DNA of 64,000 bases from a virus. The position numbers and the translations under genes are program-made. Positions within the stretch are counted from its first letter, which is position 1; the number at the start of each line of letters is the position of its first letter. This document shows, piece by piece, positions 54,970-64,000 of this stretch. The DNA lies in the IMG/VR virus record IMGVR_UViG_3300032236_000552, positions 35,865-99,864 of that record; one strand, given 5' to 3'. A model generated the notes under the pieces. It ran no database searches and was not told where the DNA came from. It worked only from the letters and a program-made list of their open reading frames with translations.

Positions 54970-55326
54970 GTGACAACCTTCTTTACCACGCTGGGTATTG
55001 TTACTGGCGCCCTCATCAGCCTTGGCATCATTCTTCGACCAGTTCTAAAGAAGATAAAGCGTTGGGGCACATGGATGGAACGCTTCATGCGGGATTGGGA
55101 AGGCGAAGAAGCCGAACCTGGTCGTGACCGTGTCCCAGGGGTCATGGAACGCCTTAACAAGTTAGATGGAGAACTGACAAATAACGGCGGTTCTACCGTC
55201 AAGGACAAGGTCGATAAACTATATAAGAACCAGTCAGTTCTTATGGAGGCCTTTGTAGAAATGGGTGAACGCCTAATTTCTATTGAAAATTGTTTAACGA
55301 ATACCCCTTCAGAAGAAGAAAACTAG
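54970..55326 (+). CDS. Membrane-anchored protein
   Basis: N-terminal TM, PGVMERL...NGGSTVKD. Confidence 0.65.
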   Translation: MTTFFTTLGIVTGALISLGIILRPVLKKIKRWGTWMERFMRDWEGEEAEPGRDRVPGVMERLNKLDGELTNNGGSTVKDKVDKLYKNQSVLMEAFVEMGERLISIENCLTNTPSEEEN

Positions 55327-55340
55327 GAGACGATTAGCAC

Positions 55341-56075
55341 ATGAGTATGATGAATTCGTCTCCAGCCAACCATGGAAGTTCTACATGGAACCCTGTTGAG
55401 GCCCTTACTCGTAAGTTAAGCGAGAAGGTGCAAAAGAAGGCAGCAGAAAATCAAGGCGGTATGCAAAAAGCACAGTCTCTTGACCACGCTACACAGATGC
55501 AAGCAAACCAACATGACCATGACCTAAAGATGCTCGTAGCAGGTCACGTCCTTGGTAAGGACGCTGCAGAACAAGCGCATGGTCATACTATGAAATTAGA
55601 AACATTACGTGGCAAGAATGCAGTTAGCCTTTCTCAAACAGAAGCAGAAGGCCGACTTAAAGAACAAGTTGCTGGACAACGTCACGAAAAGCGTATGGCT
55701 GTTCTTAACCATAACAACACCATGGAACAGGCTGCACAAAGCCATCACCTTGCAACAGGTTGGTTGGGAAGCACACTTCGTCATGCAGAAGGTGGCTCTC
55801 CTATCTCTGTAAGCCACAACGGTATCTCAGCAAGTTTTGTTAAGAAGACCCCGAAGCAAAAAGCAGAGGCTCCAGCACAAGAAGCACCTGCTCAAGAAGC
55901 GCCAGCAGAAGAACAAAAGCCAGCACCAAAGTTTGTTGGTCAAGATAAGAGCGGTCGCTTTGTAAGTTCTAGCGTCCCTACTAAGGGACCTAATGCTGGA
56001 AAAGCACCTAGCCTTCCTAAGTCATCTGCTGGAACAGGAACGACCCCTAAGAAACCACGCACACCAAAGGCATAA
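55341..56075 (+). CDS. His/Gln-rich basic hypothetical protein
   Basis: 244 aa; EAPAQ repeats. Confidence 0.7.
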   Translation: MSMMNSSPANHGSSTWNPVEALTRKLSEKVQKKAAENQGGMQKAQSLDHATQMQANQHDHDLKMLVAGHVLGKDAAEQAHGHTMKLETLRGKNAVSLSQTEAEGRLKEQVAGQRHEKRMAVLNHNNTMEQAAQSHHLATGWLGSTLRHAEGGSPISVSHNGISASFVKKTPKQKAEAPAQEAPAQEAPAEEQKPAPKFVGQDKSGRFVSSSVPTKGPNAGKAPSLPKSSAGTGTTPKKPRTPKA

Positions 56076-56078
56076 TAC

Positions 56079-56381
56079 ATGGAAACAAAATGCGCTAACT
56101 GCACAGAAGACGCTCACTACGTCTACCAGATTGCTGAAAACACAAAGATTCTTTATTGCACAAAGCACCTTCCAAAATTCTTACAGAATGCTAAGAAGGC
56201 TGGACTTCTACAAACAACCGACTCCTTCGTTCAAGCAGTAAACGACGTTAAAGAGAAAATCAATGCGCCTGTTACTCCTGAACCAACTGTTGCACCTACT
56301 TCGGAACCAGACCCAACACCTGAACCTGAAGCAGAGACTGCACCAGTGAAGAAAGCGGCTGTTAAAAAGACGGCAAAATAA
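56079..56381 (+). CDS. Zinc-binding protein with Pro-rich tail
   Basis: CANC...YCTKH. Confidence 0.65.
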   Translation: METKCANCTEDAHYVYQIAENTKILYCTKHLPKFLQNAKKAGLLQTTDSFVQAVNDVKEKINAPVTPEPTVAPTSEPDPTPEPEAETAPVKKAAVKKTAK

Positions 56382-56623
56382 TGCCTATCGTTCGTAAGTT
56401 CGCAATCCAAGGTCATGCTGTACCATCTACAGTGCACAGCCCAAGAGGTCCGTTTCCCCCTGAAGTTCTAGCCCAACCTCAGATGGAAATAGAGGAACAC
56501 CATTCCGACTCCTTACACGTAGGACTAGACGATATACGCTTCTTCAAGTGCAGGGCTTGCGAAGAAGTACTTCTTGAGACTGAACTAGACAATCATGATT
56601 GTGAGGAAATAAATGGCTACTAA
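56381..56623 (+). CDS. Small zinc-binding hypothetical protein
   Basis: CRAC...HDC. Confidence 0.6.
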   Translation: MPIVRKFAIQGHAVPSTVHSPRGPFPPEVLAQPQMEIEEHHSDSLHVGLDDIRFFKCRACEEVLLETELDNHDCEEINGY

Positions 56624-57257
56624 CCAAGATGGTCACCTTCTCGATTCAAAGGGAAACGTGGCAGTAGATTTTGTGTGGGGTAACTTCCCACTACAACCAA
56701 ACGACGTTCGTCGTGACAATGGTGGAACCAACCTTGACTACACCCTTGACTCACACAACATCGCAGAAAGCGCATACAACGGCTACCCACAGTACACACC
56801 AAATGACGACGGTGCCTTTACTGCTGGCGTTGCTTACGTTGTAGTTCCAAATGTTTTGGGTCAACTTACAGCAGACGCTGTAGACACACTCACCGACTCA
56901 GAATTCACCATTACAACTGCAGGTGCTGCTACAAACTCACCTAAGACAGTTACCGCTGTATCACGTGCTTCAGGCGGCGTAGCAGTTCTTACCGCTTCAG
57001 GCGCTGGCGCAGCATACGCAATTGGAACTAAGGTTACAATCGCTTCTGTTGATGCAACTGTAAACGGTACTTGGACAGTTGTTGACAACGCAACAAACTC
57101 AATTTCTGTTGCTACAACAACCACCACTGCACTCTCACTAACAGGCCTTTCAGGAACTGTTGTTGGTGTAACTGGAACAATCAAGTCCCAGTCAATTTCA
57201 GCAGGTGCTGGAAACATTGCAGTAGGTGCAGCAATCACAATTACTCCTTGGGCATAA
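56613..57257 (+). CDS. Probable virion protein with PASTA-like and beta-rich domains
   Basis: VVPNVLG...A...L; Thr/Ala/Val-rich. Confidence 0.55.
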   Translation: MATNQDGHLLDSKGNVAVDFVWGNFPLQPNDVRRDNGGTNLDYTLDSHNIAESAYNGYPQYTPNDDGAFTAGVAYVVVPNVLGQLTADAVDTLTDSEFTITTAGAATNSPKTVTAVSRASGGVAVLTASGAGAAYAIGTKVTIASVDATVNGTWTVVDNATNSISVATTTTTALSLTGLSGTVVGVTGTIKSQSISAGAGNIAVGAAITITPWA

Positions 57258-57272
57258 CCCAAAGGTAACTGA

Positions 57273-58073
57273 ATGACTCGTGCGGGCGGTGGTGCTTCCT
57301 TCGGTAAGAAGGTTGCGCTGCCGTCTTCACAAGAACTACAGCAGTCTCTAGGTGCTGGCAAAGTTTATGGCTTTACACAAGCCCAAACTAGAGGAATGTA
57401 TCAAGCCACAGGGTTCTCTAACCCATTTGAGTCTCTCCCTACCGCTTCTTCTAAGGGCGCTTTCTTTGAGACTATTTCACTTTTAGGTTCGCAAGATACG
57501 ATGGATTATTACAATCCACAATCGTATAACCAAGTTGCAAAGCGTAACCAAGCAGGACAAGCCCTCGGTCCAGGTATCGACCAAGATGTTTATTACATTG
57601 ACAGAGACGGTAACTTTGTAGACCGCTCTTCATACCGTCAGTCATACGATGTAGATGATGACACTGGCGAACTTGTTGTTCCAGGTATTGCAGGACCTCA
57701 AGGTGAAGAAGGCGACGCTCCAGCGCCAATCACTATGGTTCCAACCTCTACTACTAATCCAGGGCGTCCACGTACCGTTGCTGCTGGTTACGACGGTACT
57801 CGACAGGTAATCACCGTCGTATTCCGTGATGGTACTTTTTACAACTATTACGAAGTCTCGGCATCTGAGTGGCAAGCATTTAAGTCCCGTGTATCTAAGG
57901 GTAAGTACATTTACCAAGAACTTGACTATCACCCACGTGGACCTGCGAATACTAGTAGCATTCCCGCTGGCGTTCGTGAGTCCTTGTACAGGCTCTCACG
58001 TGCAGTACAGGTTCAACGCCAAGGTAAGCAAAAAGCGACTAAGAAGAGTTCCACTAAACCTAAAAAGAGGTAG
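57273..58073 (+). CDS. KTSC-domain protein
   Basis: AGYD...ITVVFRDG..YNYYEV...W..F....SKGKYI. Confidence 0.75.
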   Translation: MTRAGGGASFGKKVALPSSQELQQSLGAGKVYGFTQAQTRGMYQATGFSNPFESLPTASSKGAFFETISLLGSQDTMDYYNPQSYNQVAKRNQAGQALGPGIDQDVYYIDRDGNFVDRSSYRQSYDVDDDTGELVVPGIAGPQGEEGDAPAPITMVPTSTTNPGRPRTVAAGYDGTRQVITVVFRDGTFYNYYEVSASEWQAFKSRVSKGKYIYQELDYHPRGPANTSSIPAGVRESLYRLSRAVQVQRQGKQKATKKSSTKPKKR

Positions 58074-58075
58074 AC

Positions 58076-58474
58076 GTGCCAAAGGTACACAACATCGGCC
58101 CAGCATTCGTACAAGTAACCAAGTTCCCTTATGAGTGGAATAAGAAGGTTGTTGTCCGTGGTTGGACTCAAGAAATCGAAGAACCTTTTAGAACCTCCAA
58201 GCCTTTTATAGTACGCTTACCTAAGTACAAGGCACTAGTCTTAGGTTTTTGGACAGGTAATAAAACTGAAGAAGAAGCATTAAATGGCGCACTAGAAACA
58301 CGGGAAGTGACATACGATGATTTTACGGAAGAAGCAGGATGGACAGCCCCAGACGAAAGTGGAGAAGAGAGTCTCGAAAATCTCTACTCCAGACTTGATA
58401 ATGTGGATGGAGCAGTCGATGTACACGATTGGCAAACATATTACCGCTTGGCAAAGGAATCAGAGCGAAACTGA
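58076..58474 (+). CDS. Hypothetical protein
   Basis: SD GAGG before GTG. Confidence 0.6.
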   Translation: MPKVHNIGPAFVQVTKFPYEWNKKVVVRGWTQEIEEPFRTSKPFIVRLPKYKALVLGFWTGNKTEEEALNGALETREVTYDDFTEEAGWTAPDESGEESLENLYSRLDNVDGAVDVHDWQTYYRLAKESERN

Positions 58475-58544
58475 CTTGGACGAAGTTTTACTTGGTTCTG
58501 AGGTTTTTTACGCAATTGCTAAAGAACTCAAGCGACGTGCCTAA
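58317..58544 (+). CDS. Helical hypothetical protein overlapping 58076..58474
   Basis: Protein-like amphipathic sequence; fills the gap before terminase. Confidence 0.5.
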   Translation: MILRKKQDGQPQTKVEKRVSKISTPDLIMWMEQSMYTIGKHITAWQRNQSETDLDEVLLGSEVFYAIAKELKRRA

Positions 58545-58630
58545 GTTGTGGTACGCTTCTCTTGCTTTACCTCTCTCTAGGTCTGGCGAAGACCCACTGC
58601 AAAGTGGGTCTAGTCATTTAACGAGGACTC

Positions 58631-60214
58631 ATGGATAATTACGACGAAGAAAAATTTGAAGAGATTAACCCAGAGTTTTATCTCAACGATGAAGAGCCTA
58701 TTCAGGAAGAAGAAGTCGAAGAACTCGATGAACTCTCCCAACAGTTTGTAGATAAACTTGTCGACAAGATTATGGACTTCCTTAAAGTCTTGGTTGGTCA
58801 TGACCTACACCCTTATCAAAAGCCTTTAGCACGCCGCATCATTGAGTCTGTCATCATTAACGATGGCGAAGAAATCACAGCACTTGCTGCACGTCAGTCA
58901 GGTAAATCAGAAACAGTTGCTGACGTAGTAGCCACACTGATGGTTCTTCTTCCACGTCTTGCAAAGTTGTACCCAGACCTTCTCGGTAAGTTCAAAGACG
59001 GGTTATGGGTTGGACTCTTTGCTCCTACAGAAGGACAGGCTGAAACACTCTTTGGTCGTACTGTGACCCGCCTCACATCTGAGCGTGCGCTAGAGATTAT
59101 GGGCGACCCTGAAATCGATGATTCCGCTGCTCGTGTGGGCGGCGTCACACGCCAGATTAAGTTAAAGAAGTCTGGCTCTACCATCACGATGATGACTGCT
59201 AACCCACGTGCAAAGATTGAGTCTAAGTCATTCCATCTCATCGTTATCGACGAGTGCCAAGAAGCAGACGACTTCACCGTATCTAAATCAATTTCGCCAA
59301 TGCTTGCGTACTACGCAGGAACAATGGTTAAGACTGGAACTCCTACAACCAGTAAGAATAACTTCTATCGTGCAATTCAAATGAACCGCAGACGTCAGAC
59401 TGGTCGTGGTGCACGACAAAACCATTTCCAATGGGACTGGAAAGAAGTTGCAAAGATTAACCCCAACTATGCGACTCACATTAAGAAAGAGATGCTTCGC
59501 ATCGGAGAAGACTCAGATGAATTTCAAATGTCTTACAACTGTAAGTGGCTTCTTGAAAGAGGAATGTTTGTTACAGCGAGCATTATGGAAAAGTTGGGCG
59601 ACACATCTCAAGAACTGGTTAAGTCATGGCACAAGACCCCCGTCGTTGTGGGAATCGACCCTGCTCGCAAAACTGACTCGACAGTCGTTACTGTGGTATG
59701 GGTTGACTGGGATAGGCCTGATGAGTTTGGTTACTTTGACCATCGTGTATTGAACTGGCTGGAGATGCAGGGCGACGATTGGGAAGAGCAGTACTACCAA
59801 ATCGTTAACTTCTTGGAGAACTACGATGTACTCGCTGTCGGTGTAGACGCCAACGGTGTTGGTGACGCAGTTGCTCAACGTTTGAAGTTGCTTTTGCCTA
59901 GAGCCGAAGTTATGCCAGTAACCTCTAGCCCTTCTGAGCAGTCAAAGCGTTGGAAGCATCTACAGGCTCTTATTCAAAGAGAAATGATTAGTTGGCCTGC
60001 CCATGCAAAAACACGGCGCCTACGTACTTGGAAAAGATTCCATCAACAGATGGTGGATGCCGAAGTTACCTTCAAGGGTCCTAATTTCCTTGTAGCAGCC
60101 CCAGACGAGTCCTATGCCCACGATGACTTTGTGGATTCTTTATCGATTGCTTGTTCTTTAACGCAGAACCTAGTTATGCCAGAGGTCGTTGCCTCTAGCA
60201 ATCCTTTTTTCTAG
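58631..60214 (+). CDS. terL: Terminase large subunit
   Basis: AARQSGKS, IVIDECQ, TGTP, GIDPA, VDANGVG, HDDFVDS. Confidence 0.93.
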   Translation: MDNYDEEKFEEINPEFYLNDEEPIQEEEVEELDELSQQFVDKLVDKIMDFLKVLVGHDLHPYQKPLARRIIESVIINDGEEITALAARQSGKSETVADVVATLMVLLPRLAKLYPDLLGKFKDGLWVGLFAPTEGQAETLFGRTVTRLTSERALEIMGDPEIDDSAARVGGVTRQIKLKKSGSTITMMTANPRAKIESKSFHLIVIDECQEADDFTVSKSISPMLAYYAGTMVKTGTPTTSKNNFYRAIQMNRRRQTGRGARQNHFQWDWKEVAKINPNYATHIKKEMLRIGEDSDEFQMSYNCKWLLERGMFVTASIMEKLGDTSQELVKSWHKTPVVVGIDPARKTDSTVVTVVWVDWDRPDEFGYFDHRVLNWLEMQGDDWEEQYYQIVNFLENYDVLAVGVDANGVGDAVAQRLKLLLPRAEVMPVTSSPSEQSKRWKHLQALIQREMISWPAHAKTRRLRTWKRFHQQMVDAEVTFKGPNFLVAAPDESYAHDDFVDSLSIACSLTQNLVMPEVVASSNPFF

Positions 60215-60295
60215 TTAAACAACAAAAGTTACCCAAAAGGGTGGAAACTATTGCCTAGGAAAAGGCCTTTCCGTATCCATCCTTAAGGAGTAAGT

Positions 60296-60691
60296 ATGAC
60301 AATCTCACCAGCACCTAAGTTCCCAGAGCGTGCACCACAAGTTTACGAAATGAAGGCTGCAGGCAATGCAACCCGTCGTGGTCCACTTCGCTTTGAAGAG
60401 GGAATTGCAACAGACACAGACGTCCCAACAGATTTCCAAAAGGGAATGCAACAGGGCATGGTCTCTGCTGCAGGACGCCCAAACCACAACGCAAACGTCT
60501 TCGAGAAGCCTGCTGCAGAGACTCTCTCTGAGCGTGCTCACGTAGGTTCAGCCGCATGGGTAGAAGCACCAACATTCCTTGGTGAGTTCGCACATGGCAC
60601 CTATGGCGACAACTCAGCAGCAAAGATTGAGACCAAGGTTGTCTCAGGCGGACGCTCACAGCGTCAATCCGCAACAGTCGTAAACGACTAA
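60296..60691 (+). CDS. Hypothetical (probably virion-associated) protein
   Basis: SD AAGGAG; between terL and portal. Confidence 0.65.
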   Translation: MTISPAPKFPERAPQVYEMKAAGNATRRGPLRFEEGIATDTDVPTDFQKGMQQGMVSAAGRPNHNANVFEKPAAETLSERAHVGSAAWVEAPTFLGEFAHGTYGDNSAAKIETKVVSGGRSQRQSATVVND

Positions 60692-60762
60692 GTTAGTACA
60701 GACACCGATACGCCCCCGCACTAGTGTGGGGGCTATCGGGTTATATTTCGGAGGAGATAGAC

Positions 60763-61029
60763 ATGGCTAGTAAGCCAGCGAATATTAAGTTGTACAACAT
60801 GATTGTTGCACAAGCGAAAGCAAAGTATTCCACTTACCCAAACCCAGGTGCTAGTCACTGGGTTCATAAGCGTTATGTCGAGAGTGGCGGAAAGTTTATC
60901 GAAACAACAGAAGATGACCGTAAGAAGACAATGCAGAAGCGCAAAGCAGAAAACGAAAAGCGCAAAAAGTTTTCAGAAAAAAAGGTAGACGATAAAAAGT
61001 CTGACAAGAAGGATAAAGGCAAGAAGTAA
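60763..61029 (+). CDS. Basic hypothetical protein
   Basis: SD GGAGG before ATG 60763; YP...ASHWV...Y...GG. Confidence 0.65.
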   Translation: MASKPANIKLYNMIVAQAKAKYSTYPNPGASHWVHKRYVESGGKFIETTEDDRKKTMQKRKAENEKRKKFSEKKVDDKKSDKKDKGKK

Positions 61030-62756
61030 TGTCATTTCTTGATTTTAGTCCACCGTCCTACAGAGCAGCGTCCTCTGACCTTACTATTTCCATTTCCCCA
61101 TTGGGACTTGTTGAACTTGCTGACGAAGAATTTGAAGTACACGGTCCTCGACTAAACCGTTACTCACTTAACTGGGCGATGTACCTTGGACACCATTGGG
61201 GGTATCGCCGTGAAACTGGCGAAATGCAAATCGCTGTTAACTACTATCGTGCGTTCAACGATTATCTATCCCGTTTCGTTTTTGGTCGTGGCGTTCATTT
61301 TCGTTCTCCTAAAGCGACAGAAGCCATCGTCCCTGACCGCCTTGAAAGAATCTGGGAAGTAGACAATGACAAGATGCGTGTGCTTCTTGAGATTGGTCAA
61401 CAAGGCGGAATTACTGGCGACGTATTTGTAAAGGTTGCATACGAAGAGCCTTGGGAAGACACCGCAGGATTAGCACACCCAGGTCGTGTTCGCATCTTGC
61501 CTATGAACTCATCATTCTGTTTCCCTGAGTTCCACCCACATGACCGCACACGTTTGCTACGTTTCAAGCAGAAGTATCGTTTCTGGGGAACATCCCTTGA
61601 AGGTACACGCCAAGTATTTACATACACAGAAATCCTTACTGACGACGTCATTGAGGAATACATCAACGATGAACTAATTGATTCACGCCCTAATCCACTG
61701 GGTATCATCCCTGTAGTTCACATTCCTAACGTTCCCGTTTCGGGTTCACCGTGGGGTCTCGCAGACGCACACGACATCATCACTATCAACCGTGCATATA
61801 ACGAAATTAGCACTGATGTCGCAGACATCATTAACTACCACGCATCACCTGTAACGGTAATCGTGGGTGCTAAAGCCTCTAACCTAGAAAAGGGTGCTAA
61901 GAAGGTTTGGGGCGGTCTTCCAAAAGATGCTCAAGTCTTCAACCTAGAAGGTGGCGCTTCAGGCATTGACGGAGCCTTGAAGTACCTCGAACTTCTAAAG
62001 CGCTCAATGCACGAAATCATGAACATCCCAGAAACCGCACTGGGACAAGTTCAACCTATCTCCAACACCTCTGGTGTAGCGCTTTCTATTCAGTATCAAC
62101 CACTGATGAACCGTTACTCACAGAAGATTGCTCAGTACGGCAAGGGCATTGAGAAGATTAACGAAATCGCTCTTCGCACCCTAGCCATCAAAGAGCCACA
62201 AACCTTTATCTATGACCCAAATACAGATGGTCCAATCAAGGAAGGTCAACTAGACCGCCTTGACCCTAATGACCCAATTACCTACATGAACTACGTTCAG
62301 TTCCCTCCTCCACTTCCACTAGACAAGTTGATTGTTCTCAACGAAATCCAGACGAAGTTGGGAATGGGCCTTGAGTCCAAGGAAGGCGCTTTGCGTACCC
62401 TTGGAGAAGAGTTCCCAGAAGAGAAGTTGCAAGAGATTCGTGAAGAACTCAAGGCCGATGCTGAAGCAGATGGCGCTCTACAACTTATCAAGATTCAGAT
62501 TCAGAAGCAGATTATGGACATTACTGGCATGATGCCAGGACCTGACGGTAACTCTGCTATTCCTATGGAACCACAGCAACTAGGCGATGGTGACGTTTTG
62601 GGCGATGGAGTTACTGGTTCTGCTGACCAAACTCCAACCACTCCAGAAGACCAAGCCATCAACCTAGAGGCTGAGGCTGACATCCGAAACAAACTTGTTA
62701 CCGATGCGTATGGAACCAAGATTCCTCAACGCAGAAACGTTGACAAGGACCAATAA
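61029..62756 (+). CDS. Portal protein (SPP1 gp6-like)
   Basis: NPLGIIPVVHIPN, SNTSGVAL, position between terL and scaffold. Confidence 0.88.
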   Translation: MSFLDFSPPSYRAASSDLTISISPLGLVELADEEFEVHGPRLNRYSLNWAMYLGHHWGYRRETGEMQIAVNYYRAFNDYLSRFVFGRGVHFRSPKATEAIVPDRLERIWEVDNDKMRVLLEIGQQGGITGDVFVKVAYEEPWEDTAGLAHPGRVRILPMNSSFCFPEFHPHDRTRLLRFKQKYRFWGTSLEGTRQVFTYTEILTDDVIEEYINDELIDSRPNPLGIIPVVHIPNVPVSGSPWGLADAHDIITINRAYNEISTDVADIINYHASPVTVIVGAKASNLEKGAKKVWGGLPKDAQVFNLEGGASGIDGALKYLELLKRSMHEIMNIPETALGQVQPISNTSGVALSIQYQPLMNRYSQKIAQYGKGIEKINEIALRTLAIKEPQTFIYDPNTDGPIKEGQLDRLDPNDPITYMNYVQFPPPLPLDKLIVLNEIQTKLGMGLESKEGALRTLGEEFPEEKLQEIREELKADAEADGALQLIKIQIQKQIMDITGMMPGPDGNSAIPMEPQQLGDGDVLGDGVTGSADQTPTTPEDQAINLEAEADIRNKLVTDAYGTKIPQRRNVDKDQ

Positions 62757-62785
62757 GTTTCTGATAAAAAATATCAGGATATAGC

Positions 62786-62820
62786 GAGACAAATCATTAC
62801 AAATGTAATGCAATTGTCTC
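62786..62820. promoter_or_regulatory. Imperfect palindrome upstream of scaffold/capsid genes
   Basis: GAGACAA..CATTACA-AA-TGTAATG...TTGTCTC (approximate symmetry). Confidence 0.35.
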
Positions 62821-62884
62821 ATAACAACCCAGGGATACGCCGCAAGGCATTCGGACAACTAACCAAGAAAGATAAGTGACCTAA

Positions 62885-63631
62885 ATGGCAGATAACGAAG
62901 TAATGGACACGCCAGAAGTGGCAGTCCCAGAAGTTAGTGAGGCACCTATGGCTTCTTATAGCGCTGACGATATTGCGAAAGCACGTGAGCAAGAGAAGGC
63001 TAAGTTGTATCCTCAGATGGAAAAAATGAAAGAAGAACTTGCTGCATTGAAGAAGGCCAAAGAAGAAGAGGCTGCAATTCGTGCAGAAAAGGAAGCAAAG
63101 CGTGCTGCTAAAGAAGCAGAACGTGCTGCTAAAGAAAAAGAAAAGCAAGAAAAGGAACTCTCATTCAAGGAACTCCTCAGTAAGAAGGAGCAAGAATTTC
63201 AGACTCAACTTGAGGCTGAACGTCTTGAAAGAGAAAAGGCTTTTGCCCTCCTTGAAAAGGAACGTGAATACCAAGAACTAACGAACTACCGTCAATCACG
63301 ACTAGAGCAAGAACGAGATGTAATCGTTCCTGAACTTATCGATTTGATTCAAGGTAATTCAAAAGATGAAATTGAGCAGAGCATTTCAGTGCTTAAGGAG
63401 AAGTCCACAAGCATCTTGCAATCTGCACAAGCGGCGATGCAAAACGCAAAGCAGCAAATGGCAGGCACACGTATCACTGCGCCTGCATCAGGACCCCTCG
63501 ATAATGATTCGGACCAACAAATCGCTACTCCTGATTCGGTCAGGGACATGTCATTGGCGGACTATGCGAAGAATAGAGCCAAGTTACTTGGCAGCGCAGC
63601 CAGCAATCGTGGTCAGGGACTGTTCGGTTAA
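62885..63631 (+). CDS. Capsid scaffolding protein
   Basis: E/K-rich coiled coil directly before the capsid gene; C-terminal MSLADYAKNR. Confidence 0.8.
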   Translation: MADNEVMDTPEVAVPEVSEAPMASYSADDIAKAREQEKAKLYPQMEKMKEELAALKKAKEEEAAIRAEKEAKRAAKEAERAAKEKEKQEKELSFKELLSKKEQEFQTQLEAERLEREKAFALLEKEREYQELTNYRQSRLEQERDVIVPELIDLIQGNSKDEIEQSISVLKEKSTSILQSAQAAMQNAKQQMAGTRITAPASGPLDNDSDQQIATPDSVRDMSLADYAKNRAKLLGSAASNRGQGLFG

Positions 63632-63668
63632 TCCCCCCATCAACAACTAATGAAAGGACTTGACCTCA

Positions 63669-64000
63669 ATGGCAAGTGCAATTACAGGAACAGGGCAACT
63701 CGCAGGCGCCCCAACCGCTTACTCAGGTGCTAATAGCAGCCTGAACCAAGCAATCCAGACAATCTGGTCCAAGGAAATCTTGTTCCAGGCAATGCCAATT
63801 CTTCGTTTCGAGCAGTTTGCAGTTAAGAAGACTGAACTTGGTGTAGCACCAGGTCTTCGTGTGAACTTCCTCCGTTACAAGAACTTTGCTGTCGATGCAA
63901 CACCACTTACAGAAGGTGTTCGTATGACAACAAATGCTCTTACAGCAGAGCAAATTGCAATCACAGTTGCAGAACACGGCTACGCAGTAGCAGTTTCTGA
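63669..64000 (+). CDS. Major capsid protein (N4-gp56/Bxz1-like), 3'-truncated
   Basis: Read by hand: MASAITGTG...IWSKEILFQAMPILRFEQFAVKKTELGVAPG...PLTEGV. Confidence 0.85.
   Translation, partial: MASAITGTGQLAGAPTAYSGANSSLNQAIQTIWSKEILFQAMPILRFEQFAVKKTELGVAPGLRVNFLRYKNFAVDATPLTEGVRMTTNALTAEQIAITVAEHGYAVAVS

Noticed and set aside
3587-60214. Inteins or introns in DnaB, PolA, RecA, NrdJ or TerL
   Set aside because: ORFs are uninterrupted, of ordinary length, and show no intein splice-junction motifs
212-63977. Numerous short antisense or alternate-frame ORFs in the ORF track
   Set aside because: They overlap well-supported genes, lack SDs and motifs, and are expected shadows
1-64000. Stop-codon reassignment
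   Set aside because: Core genes are intact in the standard code; TAG, TGA and TAA all end genes; the tRNA is an ordinary Gln(UUG), not a suppressor

Overview
A 64-kb segment of a tailed dsDNA phage, most likely an actinobacteriophage: it has WhiB, many apparently leaderless genes, and a major capsid protein N-terminus resembling the Bxz1/cluster C-type mycobacteriophage and Rhodococcus E3 lineage (recalled, not searched). The moderate GC hints at a low-GC actinobacterial host (inference). Layout: (1) 1-16.7 kb, + strand, replication and recombination: HTH initiator, DnaC-like loader, DnaB, primase, SNF2, SSB, PolA, RecA, two resolvases, WhiB, Cas4-like nuclease, dNMP kinase, SpoVS-like protein. 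(2) 16.7-28.7 kb, + strand: basic low-complexity proteins, a nucleotidyltransferase, an Arr-like ADP-ribosyltransferase, a HAD-like protein, a degenerate TGT/DpdA-like protein and a class II RNR. (3) 28.7-42.3 kb, - strand: secreted lysozyme-like protein, tyrosine integrase, many small early-type genes and a MoxR AAA+/VWA pair. (4) 42.3-44.3 kb, mostly non-coding divergence region: a long structured leader, two candidate ncRNAs and tRNA-Gln(UUG). (5) 44.4-64 kb, + strand: HNH, CHAP endolysin, Ntn protease-like protein, PA14 surface protein, KTSC, terminase, portal, scaffold and the start of the capsid gene. Signals not explained by standard annotation: an asymmetric 13-mer TCCGACCTGCGAA occurring 8 times in one orientation only in the leftward arm (stoperator-like); an L[SN]xxQF peptide shared by several unrelated proteins including the ART (candidate capsid-targeting or ejection tag); an acidic C-terminal LW[ED] tail on six neighbouring early proteins next to the MoxR/VWA pair; pseudoknotted small RNAs beside the tRNA. 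All functional calls come from motif recognition by eye; no database searches or folding programs were run.
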